Of a DNA stretch of 64,000 bases, positions 29,651 to 40,232 are shown piece after piece (position 1 is the first letter of the stretch; each line of letters begins with the position of its first letter). This stretch comes from Byssovorax sp. (GTDB lineage Bacteria; Myxococcota_A; Polyangia; Polyangiales; Polyangiaceae), in the NCBI GenBank assembly GCA_025362495.1, contig JANYGI010000026.1, forward strand, positions 66,118 to 130,117, in the 5' to 3' direction. The notes beneath the pieces were generated by a model. It ran no database searches and was not told where the DNA came from. It was given only the letters and a program-made list of their open reading frames with translations. The position numbers were made by a program, and so were the translations under genes.

Positions 29651-31048
29651 TTACACCCGCGCGATCCCCCGCCGCACGAGGAAGAAGAACCGCGCCGTGA
29701 GCAGCATGGAGACCGACACCAGCCCTGCCGTCAGGCCCCACCAGAGCCCCACCGCGCCGAGTCCGAGGCCGAATCCCAGGGTCAGCGCGATCGGCAATCC
29801 AACCAGCCAGTGCGCTCCCACGTTGGCGAGGAACGGAAACCGCACGTCCCCCGCGCCCCGCAAAGCCCCCGAGGCCACCGCCTGGATGCCGTCGAAGAGC
29901 GCGAACAGAGAGGCAATCCGGAGCAGGCGCGCTCCGATCTCGATCACCTGGGGATCGGTGGTGAACACGGCGATCAGCGGCCGCGGGATCAGCGCGAATA
30001 CCAGCGCTCCGAAGCTCATCACCGCCGCTCCGAGGCCGAGGCCGACCAGGCCCGATCGCCGCGGCGAGCGCCCCGCGCCGACGGCGTGACCGACGCGCAC
30101 CGCGGTCGCGCCGCCGACGCCGAGGGCGCCCATGAAGGTGAAGCTGGCGAGGCCCACCGCGATCTGATGCGCGGAAAGCACCGAGGTGCCGAGTCGCCCG
30201 GCGAGCAACGCCACCAGCGAGAACACGCCGATCTCGGCGAGGAGCTGGAGGCCGACCGGGAGGCCGAGGCGGAGCACCTGCACGAGCGAGACCGGATCGC
30301 CGTCGCCGCGCGTTGACGCGTCGGGCGGGAGCTCGGGCGCCGCCACCGCCACCGCGGGCCGGAAATTTCGGGCGGCCTGCAGCACGATGGCCGCGAGCAG
30401 GAGCGAGCCGACGCTCGACGCGATGCCGGCGCCGAGCGCGCCGAGCCGGGGCAGCCCGATCCCCGGGAGCCCGATCGCGACCAGGGCGTCGTCGCCGCGG
30501 ACGAGGAGGCTGCAAATCACCGCGTTGACGATGTTGGCCACGAGGGACGCGATCAGCGCGGGGCGCGTCGCGCCGTGCGCTTGCAGGAAGCTCTTCCCGG
30601 TGAGGAAGGCGAGGAACCCGAAGATGCCGGGCGCGCTGCCGATCAGGTACGCGTACACGCGCGGCAGGATCACCGGATCGACCCCGAGCGGCGTGAGCCC
30701 GACCGTCGCCAGGAACGAGAGGCCGATGATGGGCACGGTGACGAGCGCCGCGGCCAGGAGGCCCGCGCGCAGCGCCTGGAACGCGCGCTCCGGCTTGCCC
30801 GCGCCGACGGCCTGCGAGGCGAGGGGATCGAGCGCGAACCCGATGCCCATGCCGAGCGCCGAGACGCCGAAGCCGATCGAGCGCGCGATCGCCACCGCGG
30901 CGAGATCGTTGACCGACACGTGGCCGACGATCGCCGTGTCGACGAGGCCCATCCCCACGAGGCCGAGCTGCGCGAGCGAGATCGGGAGCGAGAGCCGGAC
31001 GAGGGCGCGGAGCTCGGCCCAGGCGCTGTCGTTCGAAGGGTCGGTCAT
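29651..31048 (-). CDS. MATE family efflux transporter
   Basis: Twelve predicted TM helices and MATE N-terminal pattern LRALVRLSLPISLAQLGLVGMGLVDTAIVGHV. Confidence 0.85.
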   Translation of the reverse strand: MTDPSNDSAWAELRALVRLSLPISLAQLGLVGMGLVDTAIVGHVSVNDLAAVAIARSIGFGVSALGMGIGFALDPLASQAVGAGKPERAFQALRAGLLAAALVTVPIIGLSFLATVGLTPLGVDPVILPRVYAYLIGSAPGIFGFLAFLTGKSFLQAHGATRPALIASLVANIVNAVICSLLVRGDDALVAIGLPGIGLPRLGALGAGIASSVGSLLLAAIVLQAARNFRPAVAVAAPELPPDASTRGDGDPVSLVQVLRLGLPVGLQLLAEIGVFSLVALLAGRLGTSVLSAHQIAVGLASFTFMGALGVGGATAVRVGHAVGAGRSPRRSGLVGLGLGAAVMSFGALVFALIPRPLIAVFTTDPQVIEIGARLLRIASLFALFDGIQAVASGALRGAGDVRFPFLANVGAHWLVGLPIALTLGFGLGLGAVGLWWGLTAGLVSVSMLLTARFFFLVRRGIARV

Positions 31049-31238
31049 GGAAGGGCGCGCACGCTAGCGCACGTGGAAGAACGGCGCTCGCGCGGGCGCG
31101 GTCCATTCTGGAGCGAGGTCGATCCAGATCGGTGCAGCGGGTCGGCCACAGGGCGGAAACTCCACGTTTCCCGGCCGAAAATGGCGCGATTCCCGCTGGC
31201 CCCGGATCTGCAATCGACGCAGGTCACGAGGTGCGTCG

Positions 31239-32762
31239 ATGAGCGGTGTCGATCAACGGAAGACGGCGATGGTGCAGCAGGGCGACATGAGCGAGGGCGG
31301 CCGAGGGAAGGCTCTGGAGGGCTGGCGCGTGGGCAAGCCGTCGGAGGATCCCGAGAAGCTGAAGCGCTGGGGCCGCGTCAGCGCGCGGCCGAGCGAGTAC
31401 CTGATCCACATGCGCGCCGGCAAGGTGCGGACGGCGTCGTCGGGGCAGGGCGCGTCGTGCTTCAAGCTGCCGAGCGACGCGGTCGCGGTGGTGCCGACGA
31501 CGGTGCAGAAACTTCGTTTCTCGGCCGATCAGGTCACGCGCGAGAAGGTCGGCGTCGAGGTCACCGGGCTCGCGGTGTACCGGATCGCCGAGCCGCTGAT
31601 CGCCTTCCGCATGCTCAACTTTTCGTTCCCGGAGCGCGCGCAGCAGAAGCTCGAGGAGATGCTCGTCGAGATGTTCGCCGGCGCGGCGCGGCGCCTCGTG
31701 GCAAACCTCACGGTCGACGAGTGCCTCTCGCGGCGCAAGGAGGGCATCGCGACCGAGCTGATGCGCGAAATCGCGCCGGTGGTGTCCGGGCACGGGCGCG
31801 TCGACGACGAGACCGACATGGGCTGGGGCGTGGTGATCGACACCATCGAGATCCAGGACGTGCGCATCCTCTCGTCGACGGTGTTCTCGAACATGCAGGC
31901 GCGCTACCGGCAGACGCAGGAGCTCGAGGCGCGCGAGGCGGCGCTGACGACGGAGCGCGCCGTGAAGCTCGGCGAGGCCGAGGCGACGCGGCGGATCGAG
32001 CTGGCGCAGCTCGCCGCGACGGCCGAGGTGCAGACGCGGCGGCTGGAGTCGGACGAGGCGGCGCGGCTCGGGGAGATCGCCACGACGGCGCGGGTGATGG
32101 AGGCCAAGCTCGCGCAGAAGCGAGCGACGGAGGAGGCCGAGATCGAGGCCGGGCGCGTGGTGCTGCTCGCGAAGATCGAGTCGGAGCGGCTGCTCTCGGA
32201 GCGGCGGCGGATCGCCGCCGAGCAGAGCCAGGTCGCCGAGCTGGCGACGGCGGCGCGCCTCGCCGAGGCTCGCCTCGTGGAGGAGCAGCGCGCCGCCGAG
32301 CAGCGCCTGGCGATCGAGGCCGCGCGCGCGCAGCTCGAGGCCGACGTCGAGGCCGCGCGCCACACGGCGACGCTGGCCCGCGTCGAGCACGAGCTCGCGC
32401 ACCTGCGCCTCCAGGCGGAGATCTCGGCGGCGCGTCGGGTCATCGCCGAGTCCGAGGTCGCGATCGCCGAGATCGCTTCCCGGCAAGCCATTCTGGCGCA
32501 GGAGCCGGAGCTTTCGCGGGCCCGGACGCTCCGCGAGATCGAGAACGCGGTGTCGCCCGAGGCGGTGCGGCTCGTGGTCGCGCAGCGGCTCCCGGATCTG
32601 GCCGCGGCGTTCCAGCAGAACATGGGGCAGGTCCACGTGACGGCGGTCGGCGGCGAGAACCCGTTCGGCTTCATCGTCGCGGCCGTCGACGGCGTCCTCG
32701 GGATGGCGAGGGCTGCAGGCCTCGATCTGCCGATGACCAGTGGCCGCACCCCGGCCTCGTAA
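31239..32762 (+). CDS. Flotillin-like SPFH/band-7 protein with long coiled coil
   Basis: SPFH core (YLIHMRAGKV...VPTTVQKLRFSADQVTREKVGVEVTGLAVYRI) followed by roughly 250 aa of Ala/Glu/Arg heptad-like coiled coil. SD GAGGTG lies 6 nt upstream of the ATG. Confidence 0.75.
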   Translation: MSGVDQRKTAMVQQGDMSEGGRGKALEGWRVGKPSEDPEKLKRWGRVSARPSEYLIHMRAGKVRTASSGQGASCFKLPSDAVAVVPTTVQKLRFSADQVTREKVGVEVTGLAVYRIAEPLIAFRMLNFSFPERAQQKLEEMLVEMFAGAARRLVANLTVDECLSRRKEGIATELMREIAPVVSGHGRVDDETDMGWGVVIDTIEIQDVRILSSTVFSNMQARYRQTQELEAREAALTTERAVKLGEAEATRRIELAQLAATAEVQTRRLESDEAARLGEIATTARVMEAKLAQKRATEEAEIEAGRVVLLAKIESERLLSERRRIAAEQSQVAELATAARLAEARLVEEQRAAEQRLAIEAARAQLEADVEAARHTATLARVEHELAHLRLQAEISAARRVIAESEVAIAEIASRQAILAQEPELSRARTLREIENAVSPEAVRLVVAQRLPDLAAAFQQNMGQVHVTAVGGENPFGFIVAAVDGVLGMARAAGLDLPMTSGRTPAS

Positions 32763-32839
32763 CCGCGCACGTACAGCTTGTCTTCGAGCTTCCCGCGCGT
32801 GGTACGGCGCGTGCTGGGAGGTCCCTCGAACACGGGGGA

Positions 32840-33361
32840 ATGGAAGCTCTTATGGCCTACCGGAGACTCTCAATCGAAGACATCGCGACGCTCGTCGGCC
32901 ACTGGCAGGGCCGGGAGAGCGAGCGCAAGATCGCCCGGCTCACGGGCATCGATCGCAAGACCGTGCGGCGCTACCTCGCCGCCGCCGAGGTGGCCGCGCT
33001 GCAGCGCGATCAGCCGCTGGCCGAGGCCGATTTCGCCGATCTGGCCAGGCGCGTGCAGTCGCGATCGAAGGCCGTGTCGAGCACGACGCGCGCCGAGCTC
33101 GCGGGGCACGAGGCCCAGATCGGCTCGTGGCTCGCGGAGGATCCGCCGGTGCGCCTGCGCGAGGTGCACCGGCGCCTGGTGGCGGAGGGCGTCCGCGTGA
33201 CGTACTGGACGCTGCGTCGCTTCACCTTGCTGGTGCGCTCGTCGCGCGAGCCGCAGCCGACGGTGATCCCGCCGCCTCGCGACAGCGGGGTGCAGACCTC
33301 GGATCGCGCCGTCACCGCGGCCTTTGCCCCTCAGCTCCGCGCGGCCGGAGTCACGGCGTGA
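32840..33361 (+). pseudogene. IS21-family IstA-like transposase, N-terminal HTH fragment (truncated, no DDE domain)
   Basis: Two HTH motifs laid out as in IstA: KIARLTGIDRKTVRRYL and LREVHRRLVAEGVRVTYWTLRRF. The reading frame stops after about 170 aa, directly before a convergent MFS gene. The first codons have locally lower GC3. Confidence 0.45.
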
Positions 33362-33443
33362 GGCGACCCGGGGAAGGGGGCGCGGGCTCCCTTTCTTCGC
33401 GGCGTCGATGTTCGGGAAGGCGTGCGAACGCGGGGCGCGAGCC

Positions 33444-34829
33444 TCACGCCGAGGCGGGCGGCAGCTCCGCGCTGCGCTCGCGCGGGGCCTCTTCGAGCTG
33501 GCTCGGCGCGAGGACGACGAGCAGCATCAGCGCCGCGAGCGCGAGGGCTGCGATCGACTCGAAGCGGACGGCGGGAACGCCGCCTTCGGACGCGTGGACC
33601 GAGCCGAGGACGGCGACGAACAGCGCGCCGCCGAGCATCCGCGCGGCGTAGACGGCGCTGGTGATCATCCCGCGCTGATCCCACGCGACCTGGCTCTGCG
33701 GGGCGATCAGCGCCGTGCTCGCGGCCGGTCCGACGCCGAGGCCGAGCACGGCGAGCGCGGCGTACGCGGCTCCGATCGTGAGCTGGAGCCGGACGACGAC
33801 CGCGAGGCCGATCGCGCCGACGAGCGCCACGGCGAAGCCTCCGGCGACGCTCGCGCGCATGCCGTGACGGACGAGCACGTGCACGCCGAACGTCGATCCC
33901 ACCGACCATCCGACGAGGAGCGGGATCAGCGCGGCGCCGGCGCCGATGGCGTCGCGCCCGAGCTTCTGCGCCATCCAGAGCGGGACATACGCCGTCGTCG
34001 CGTAGAGCAGCCCGCCGGCGAACATGCCTGCGAGGAGGCCGGCGCGGATCACCGGGCTCCGCAGAAGCGCGGGCGCGAGGACGGGGTTCGACGAGCGCCG
34101 CTGCTGCCGCGCGACCAGGACGACGGCGACGATCGCGGCCGCCGCGAACGCGAAGCGAGGCGCGCCCTCGAGGCCGGCCGGCTCGATCGCCAGCAGCACC
34201 AGGCCCGCCGCGAGCCCGGCCAGCGCGGCGCCGCCCGCGCCCGACGAGGCGGCGCGGGCGCGCGAGGGATCGCGAAACGAGGCAAAAAGAAGCGTCACCG
34301 CGAGCAGCCCGGCCGGCACGTTGACGAAGAACACCCAGCGCCACGAGAGGTGCACGACGAGGAACCCGCCGAGCAGCGGCCCGAGCGCGTTGGCCGCGCC
34401 CCACGTCGCCGTGAACAGCGCCTGCACGCGGGCGCGCTCCGTCATCGAGTACAGATCGGCGCTGATGGTCATGGCCACGGGCTGGATCGCGCCCGCGCCG
34501 AGGCCCTGGAGCACGCGGAAGAACACCAGCGCTTCCATCGATCGCGCCGCCCCGCAGCCCGCCGACGCGACGAGGAAGAGCCCCATGCCCGCGGCGAACA
34601 CCGGGCGCCTCCCGTGCGCGTCCGCGAGCTTGCCGCAGGTGAGCACGCCCAGCGTGGAGGCGATCAGGAAGGCCGAGAACACCCACGAGTACGCGGCCAG
34701 GCCGCCGAGGCTCGCGACGATCGACGGCATGGCGCCCGTGACGCCAGTCCCCTCGAACGCGGCCACGACGAGGCTGAGGACGATGGCCGCGGTGGCGACG
34801 CGGCGGCGCGTGGTGGGATCGGTGAGCAC
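33444..34829 (-). CDS. MFS transporter (DHA2-like, 14 TM)
   Basis: MFS motif GKLADAHGRRPVF and multiple TM helices. Confidence 0.85.
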   Translation of the reverse strand: MLTDPTTRRRVATAAIVLSLVVAAFEGTGVTGAMPSIVASLGGLAAYSWVFSAFLIASTLGVLTCGKLADAHGRRPVFAAGMGLFLVASAGCGAARSMEALVFFRVLQGLGAGAIQPVAMTISADLYSMTERARVQALFTATWGAANALGPLLGGFLVVHLSWRWVFFVNVPAGLLAVTLLFASFRDPSRARAASSGAGGAALAGLAAGLVLLAIEPAGLEGAPRFAFAAAAIVAVVLVARQQRRSSNPVLAPALLRSPVIRAGLLAGMFAGGLLYATTAYVPLWMAQKLGRDAIGAGAALIPLLVGWSVGSTFGVHVLVRHGMRASVAGGFAVALVGAIGLAVVVRLQLTIGAAYAALAVLGLGVGPAASTALIAPQSQVAWDQRGMITSAVYAARMLGGALFVAVLGSVHASEGGVPAVRFESIAALALAALMLLVVLAPSQLEEAPRERSAELPPASA

Positions 34830-34872
34830 GGGTTCGTGCGCTCACCCTAGGGGCTGATTCACCCGCGGGGAA

Positions 34873-35640
34873 CTACAGCACGAAGTGATCGCCGAGCTGG
34901 AGCACCTCGAGCGAGAGGCCCTTGATCGCGGCGCACTCGTGCTCGACGATCGCCTGGAAAACAGGTTTGATGTGATAGAGCAGCGTCGGCAGCGCGTCGG
35001 GCGTCTTGTACTTGCGCAGCTCGCGCGCGAGGGTCTGCGGCGTGTGATGGCCGCTCGACGTGGCGAGCCCCTGCTCGTGGTTGGGGAAGCTCACTTCCAT
35101 CAGCAGCGCCTTGAGATCGGTGAGCTCGTTGAGCACCTCCCACAGGCGCTCGGTCGGGCCGGTATCGCCGCTGTAGGCGATCGATCCGCCCGGGCCCTCG
35201 ATCACGAACGCGGCCGCCTCGATGGTGTGCGAGACGAGGACGGCGCGCACGTCGTGCCCGGCGATCGCCACGCGCTTCTCGGGCACGAGCTCGAGGTAGC
35301 GGATCGTCGGCTCCCGCGGCGAGGGGATCTGCGTGAAGTCGGGCCAGAGCAGCCCGTTGAAGAAGTGCCGCTTCAAGAGGGCGATCGTCTCGGCCGTCGC
35401 GGCGATCGTCAGCGGGGGCGCGCGCATCTGGCAGCGGTTGTCGGCGAGCGTCGATAGATCGCGGATGTGATCCATGTGCGCGTGGCTGACGAGGCACGCC
35501 GTGAGCTTCATCTGGTCGGCGATCTCGAGCCCGCTCGTGAGCGCGCCCGCGTCCACGGCGAGCGTGTCGCCGATCACGAACGCGCTCGTGCGGTGCTTCG
35601 GGGTCTCCCCCCCGTGGCAGCCGATCACCCGGAGATCCAC
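34873..35640 (-). CDS. Class II 3',5'-cyclic-nucleotide phosphodiesterase (MBL fold)
   Basis: Starts MDLRVIGCHGG and carries the class II PDE signature SHAHMDH, with further metal ligands downstream. Confidence 0.75.
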   Translation of the reverse strand: MDLRVIGCHGGETPKHRTSAFVIGDTLAVDAGALTSGLEIADQMKLTACLVSHAHMDHIRDLSTLADNRCQMRAPPLTIAATAETIALLKRHFFNGLLWPDFTQIPSPREPTIRYLELVPEKRVAIAGHDVRAVLVSHTIEAAAFVIEGPGGSIAYSGDTGPTERLWEVLNELTDLKALLMEVSFPNHEQGLATSSGHHTPQTLARELRKYKTPDALPTLLYHIKPVFQAIVEHECAAIKGLSLEVLQLGDHFVL

Positions 35641-35648
35641 CTTGGAAT

Positions 35649-36296
35649 TCAGCCTTCTCCGCCGAACTTCTGCGGCATCTCCAGGAACTCGAGGAAATCC
35701 TGGAGGCGTCCAACGTCGGCGACGATGACCGCGCCGGGCTCCTCCGTCACGAGGCGCAGGCGGCGCAGGCGCGCCATGACCTCTTCGGCCACCGAGAGCT
35801 CGACGCCGACCTCGCGCGCGATCTCTTCGGGCGTGGTGCGGATGCGGATCCCCTCCTCCGTCGGCTCGCCGAATGCGTCGGCGTGGCGCGCGAGCGCGAG
35901 CATGACCCGAGCCTTGGGATCGCGGTGCATCAGGATCTCGACGAGCGTGTCGGCCGAGTCGAGGCGCTTCGCGAGCTTCTTGATCAGCCGCAGCGCGATC
36001 TCGGCGTTGCGCGCGACCATCGACTCCAGCGTCTTCGCTTCGATCACCAGGCAGCGCGTGGTCTCGACCACGGTCGCCGTCGCGGTGCGCGGCTTCCCGT
36101 TGAGGATGGCCATCTCACCGAGGAACTCGCCGGGGCCGAGGACCGCGAGGCTCTTGGCTTCGCCGCCGACTTCTTTCGTGATCCGGACCGCGCCGGACTG
36201 GATCACGAACATCACCTCGCCCGACTCCCCTTCGCGAAACAGGACATCGCCCGGTTGGTACTCGCGCCCGAAGCGGGCGAACAACGGGTCGGACAT
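35649..36296 (-). CDS. CRP/FNR-family transcription regulator (cNMP-binding domain plus HTH)
   Basis: cNMP-binding motifs FREGESGEVMFVIQSGAVRI and GPGEFLGEMAIL, and a C-terminal HTH (TPEEIAREVGVELSVAEEVMARL). ATG verified at 36296; the track ORF uses an upstream GTG. Confidence 0.8.
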   Translation of the reverse strand: MSDPLFARFGREYQPGDVLFREGESGEVMFVIQSGAVRITKEVGGEAKSLAVLGPGEFLGEMAILNGKPRTATATVVETTRCLVIEAKTLESMVARNAEIALRLIKKLAKRLDSADTLVEILMHRDPKARVMLALARHADAFGEPTEEGIRIRTTPEEIAREVGVELSVAEEVMARLRRLRLVTEEPGAVIVADVGRLQDFLEFLEMPQKFGGEG

Positions 36297-36340
36297 GATG
36301 TCGTCGAGTCTACAGTGATGCGCGTTCACGGGTCAAAAAG

Positions 36341-36387
36341 CGCCCGGACAAAATGCGAAAGGGCCCACGAAGCGCTTCGCGGGCCCT
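36341..36387 (-). terminator. Intrinsic terminator downstream of groEL
   Basis: Near-perfect 28-nt palindrome AGGGCCCaCGAAGCGCTTCGcGGGCCCT. On the minus strand it is followed by UUCGCAUUUUGUCC. Confidence 0.5.
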
Positions 36388-36444
36388 CTCACGGCGAGGC
36401 ACCCCGAGCGCAGCACGGCGCCCGGGGAAGCCTCGCGGCTCGGC

Positions 36445-38157
<1,713 letters not shown>

Positions 38158-38211
38158 TCACGGCGCCGCGCGCCGCATGAATCTTGGAATTCCCCCGCGA
38201 CGAACCGGAAA

Positions 38212-38517
38212 TCAGGAGGCGGCGGCCTCGGAGCGCGTGACGGCGAGGATGTCGTCCTCGCGGATCAGCATGTGCTCCTCGCCATCGAGCTTGACCTCGG
38301 TGCCGCTGTACTTGCCGAAGAGGACGACGTCGCCGACCTTGACGTCGACGGGGCGAACCTTGCCGTCCTTCAGCACCTTGCCGTTGCCCACGGCGACGAC
38401 GCGACCCTCGATCGGCTTCTCCTTCGCCGAGTCGGGGATGATGATCCCTCCCTTGGTCACGCTCTCGCCCTCGAGGCGCTTGATCACGATGCGGTCCTGC
38501 AGCGGCCTGATCTTCAT
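38212..38517 (-). CDS. groES: Co-chaperonin GroES (Cpn10)
   Basis: [35 protein letters not shown]...[17 protein letters not shown]. Start verified at 38517 with SD AAGGAAGAG upstream. Confidence 0.95.
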   Translation of the reverse strand: MKIRPLQDRIVIKRLEGESVTKGGIIIPDSAKEKPIEGRVVAVGNGKVLKDGKVRPVDVKVGDVVLFGKYSGTEVKLDGEEHMLIREDDILAVTRSEAAAS

Positions 38518-38640
38518 GGTGCTCTTCCTTTTCCGTGTGGCTGTTGCATCGATCCGGCCGCGGGGGAGGCCCCCCTCGCGCTCCTCGCCGCCACCGCCTT
38601 GGCTCGCCCCGGCCCGCGAACGGACCGAGCAGACAGGCGG

Positions 38641-38667
38641 CTGGCACTCGACCGGCTCGATGGCTAA
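38641..38667 (-). promoter_or_regulatory. CIRCE-like inverted repeat (putative HrcA operator) upstream of groES
   Basis: On the minus strand TTAGCCATC-N9-GAGTGCCAG matches the consensus TTAGCACTC-N9-GAGTGCTAA at 14 of 18 positions. It lies about 125 nt upstream of the groES ATG. Confidence 0.45.
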
Positions 38668-38832
38668 AACCGGGCGCAAAGTAAATCACAGGGGGAACGC
38701 GTCAAGGGCGCTGAAGGAATCGCGGATTCATTTCGAGTACGCTGGCGTTCGGCCGTCCGAGGTGCTACAAGGGGTCCCGTTCAGAGCGGCCGAGTACATT
38801 CCCGCAGCGTCGGCGGTCCCGTAAAAAAGAAG

Positions 38833-38860
38833 TTGACGGGAACGTTCTTGTGAGTAGTAT
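38833..38860 (+). promoter_or_regulatory. Sigma70-like promoter for the tRNA-Gln/tRNA-Glu pair
   Basis: TTGACG-N16-TAGTAT about 45 nt upstream of tRNA-Gln, preceded by an A-tract. Confidence 0.4.
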
Positions 38861-38907
38861 CCCGCGCCCCGGCCGACGAAGTTGGTGAAGCCGGTCTGAA
38901 GGCCCAT

Positions 38908-38978
38908 TGGGGGATCGTCTAACGGCAGGACGCCAGATTCTGGCTCTGGCTATCGGGGTTCGAATCCCTGTCCCCCAG
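38908..38978 (+). tRNA. tRNA-Gln (anticodon CTG)
   Basis: Cloverleaf folded by hand: acceptor TGGGGGA/TCCCCCA, anticodon stem CCAGA/TCTGG, loop TTCTGGC, T-arm CGGGG-TTCGAAT-CCCTG, discriminator G. No encoded CCA. Confidence 0.85.
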
Positions 38979-39014
38979 CTCGTTGTTGAAAATTTAGTTT
39001 CGTCAGTTGCAGCA

Positions 39015-39089
39015 GGTCCCATCGTCTAGTGGTTAGGACGCTGGCCTCTCACGCCGGTAACGCGGGTTCAAATCCCGCTGGGATCACCA
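39015..39089 (+). tRNA. tRNA-Glu (anticodon CTC)
   Basis: Acceptor GGTCCCA/TGGGATC, D-arm TC-GTC-TAGTGGTTAG-GAC as in E. coli tRNA-Glu, anticodon stem CTGGC/GCCGG, loop CTCTCAC, T-arm GCGGG-TTCAAAT-CCCGC, discriminator A, encoded CCA. Confidence 0.85.
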
Positions 39090-39099
39090 AAGTGAGAAC

Positions 39100-39154
39100 G
39101 ACCCCCGGATTGTGTCCATCAGGCGCAGTCCGGGGTCTGTCGTCGTTTGTGCTT
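39100..39154 (+). terminator. Hairpin plus T-rich tract downstream of the tRNA pair (possible bidirectional terminator)
   Basis: GACCCCCGGA-N19-TCCGGGGTC followed by TGTCGTCGTTTGTGCTT. Confidence 0.3.
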
Positions 39155-39239
39155 CGGATCCGGGCTGGCTGGCACGAGCTGGGGGCCAGCCCAAGGACTG
39201 CTCGAGCCACAGCCGCCAGACCTGGGATCGCGATCCGCT

Positions 39240-40031
39240 CTACGCCGGTATCGGCGGCCGTCCCGGGCCCTCTTCGATGCGCACCAGGATGGCGGTGATG
39301 TTGTCGGTGCCGCCGAAGAAGTTCGCGCGATCGATCAGCGTCTTGCAGGCCTCGTCGAGGTCGGGCGTCTTGGTGATCGTCTCGAGGATTTGCTCGTCGG
39401 TCATCATCCCGGACAGGCCATCCGAGCAGAGCAAGTACACGTCGCCGAGGGCGGTCGGCTCGGTCGCGAGGTCGACGAGCACGTCCTCGCGGATGCCGAG
39501 GGCGCGGGTGATCACGTTGGGCGGGAGCTGACGCATCTCTTCCGGCGTCATCCACGGGGCCATGTGGCGGGCGTCGCTGATCAGCGAGTGATCGCGCGTC
39601 ATCTGCAGGATTTCGCCGTCGCGGATGCGGTAGCAGCGGCTGTCGCCCACGTGCCCCACCGAGACCCGGTCGGCCTCGGGCGTGAAGATGGCCGCCACGA
39701 TCGTCGTGCCCATCCCGAAGTCGGCCATCGTCCGCAGCGAGCGGTCGAAGATGCGCCGGTTCGCGAGGCGCAGGCTCGTGACGATGTAGTTCTCCTCGTC
39801 CGAAAGCATCGGATCAGCGGGGAACGGCCACGTGCCGTCGCGCCCGACGACCACGGTGAAAAAATCGGTGAGGGTGGAGACGGCGAGCTGGCTGGCTACG
39901 TCGCCCGAGCGGTGACCGCCCATGCCGTCGGCCACGGCAACGATGCCGTACTCGAGCATGAGCACGAGGCTGTCCTCGTTGTGCTCGCGCAACAAACCAA
40001 CGTCCGTCATCCCGGCGAACCGGGTTTGCAT
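39240..40031 (-). CDS. PP2C-family Ser/Thr protein phosphatase
   Basis: PP2C motifs DVGLLREHNEDS, AVADGMGGH, GTTIVAA, DSRCY, LLCSDGL and GGTDNITAI. Start MQTRFAGMTD verified at 40031. Only the 3' quarter of the 833-aa track ORF is real. Confidence 0.8.
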   Translation of the reverse strand: MQTRFAGMTDVGLLREHNEDSLVLMLEYGIVAVADGMGGHRSGDVASQLAVSTLTDFFTVVVGRDGTWPFPADPMLSDEENYIVTSLRLANRRIFDRSLRTMADFGMGTTIVAAIFTPEADRVSVGHVGDSRCYRIRDGEILQMTRDHSLISDARHMAPWMTPEEMRQLPPNVITRALGIREDVLVDLATEPTALGDVYLLCSDGLSGMMTDEQILETITKTPDLDEACKTLIDRANFFGGTDNITAILVRIEEGPGRPPIPA

Positions 40032-40232
40032 GGGTCGAGAGTAGACGCGGAGCGACGCTCCGGCGCAAGTTCGAAGGCGGGGCGAGCGCGCGGAGGCCGT
40101 GGTCGCGCGAGCTCGTCGGGCCTGACGACCCGGGCGAACGAGCCGAAAAAGCCCCCTGGTCGCGGACGCTTCGAGCCGCCATGAACACGCCCCGGGCCAA
40201 GGGGCGGCCCGGGCTGAGGGGGAGAGTCGATC

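Noticed and set aside
30575-33361. 928-aa + strand ORF
   Set aside because: Only the last 170 codons (the IS21-like HTH fragment) look like protein. The rest is an antisense or off-frame read across the MATE and flotillin genes, Arg/Asp/Gly-rich.
33324-34850. Two extra overlapping long ORFs (+ strand 508 aa and minus strand 504 aa) at the MFS locus
   Set aside because: Only the minus-strand frame 33444-34829 gives 14 hydrophobic TM segments and MFS motifs. The others are Arg-rich.
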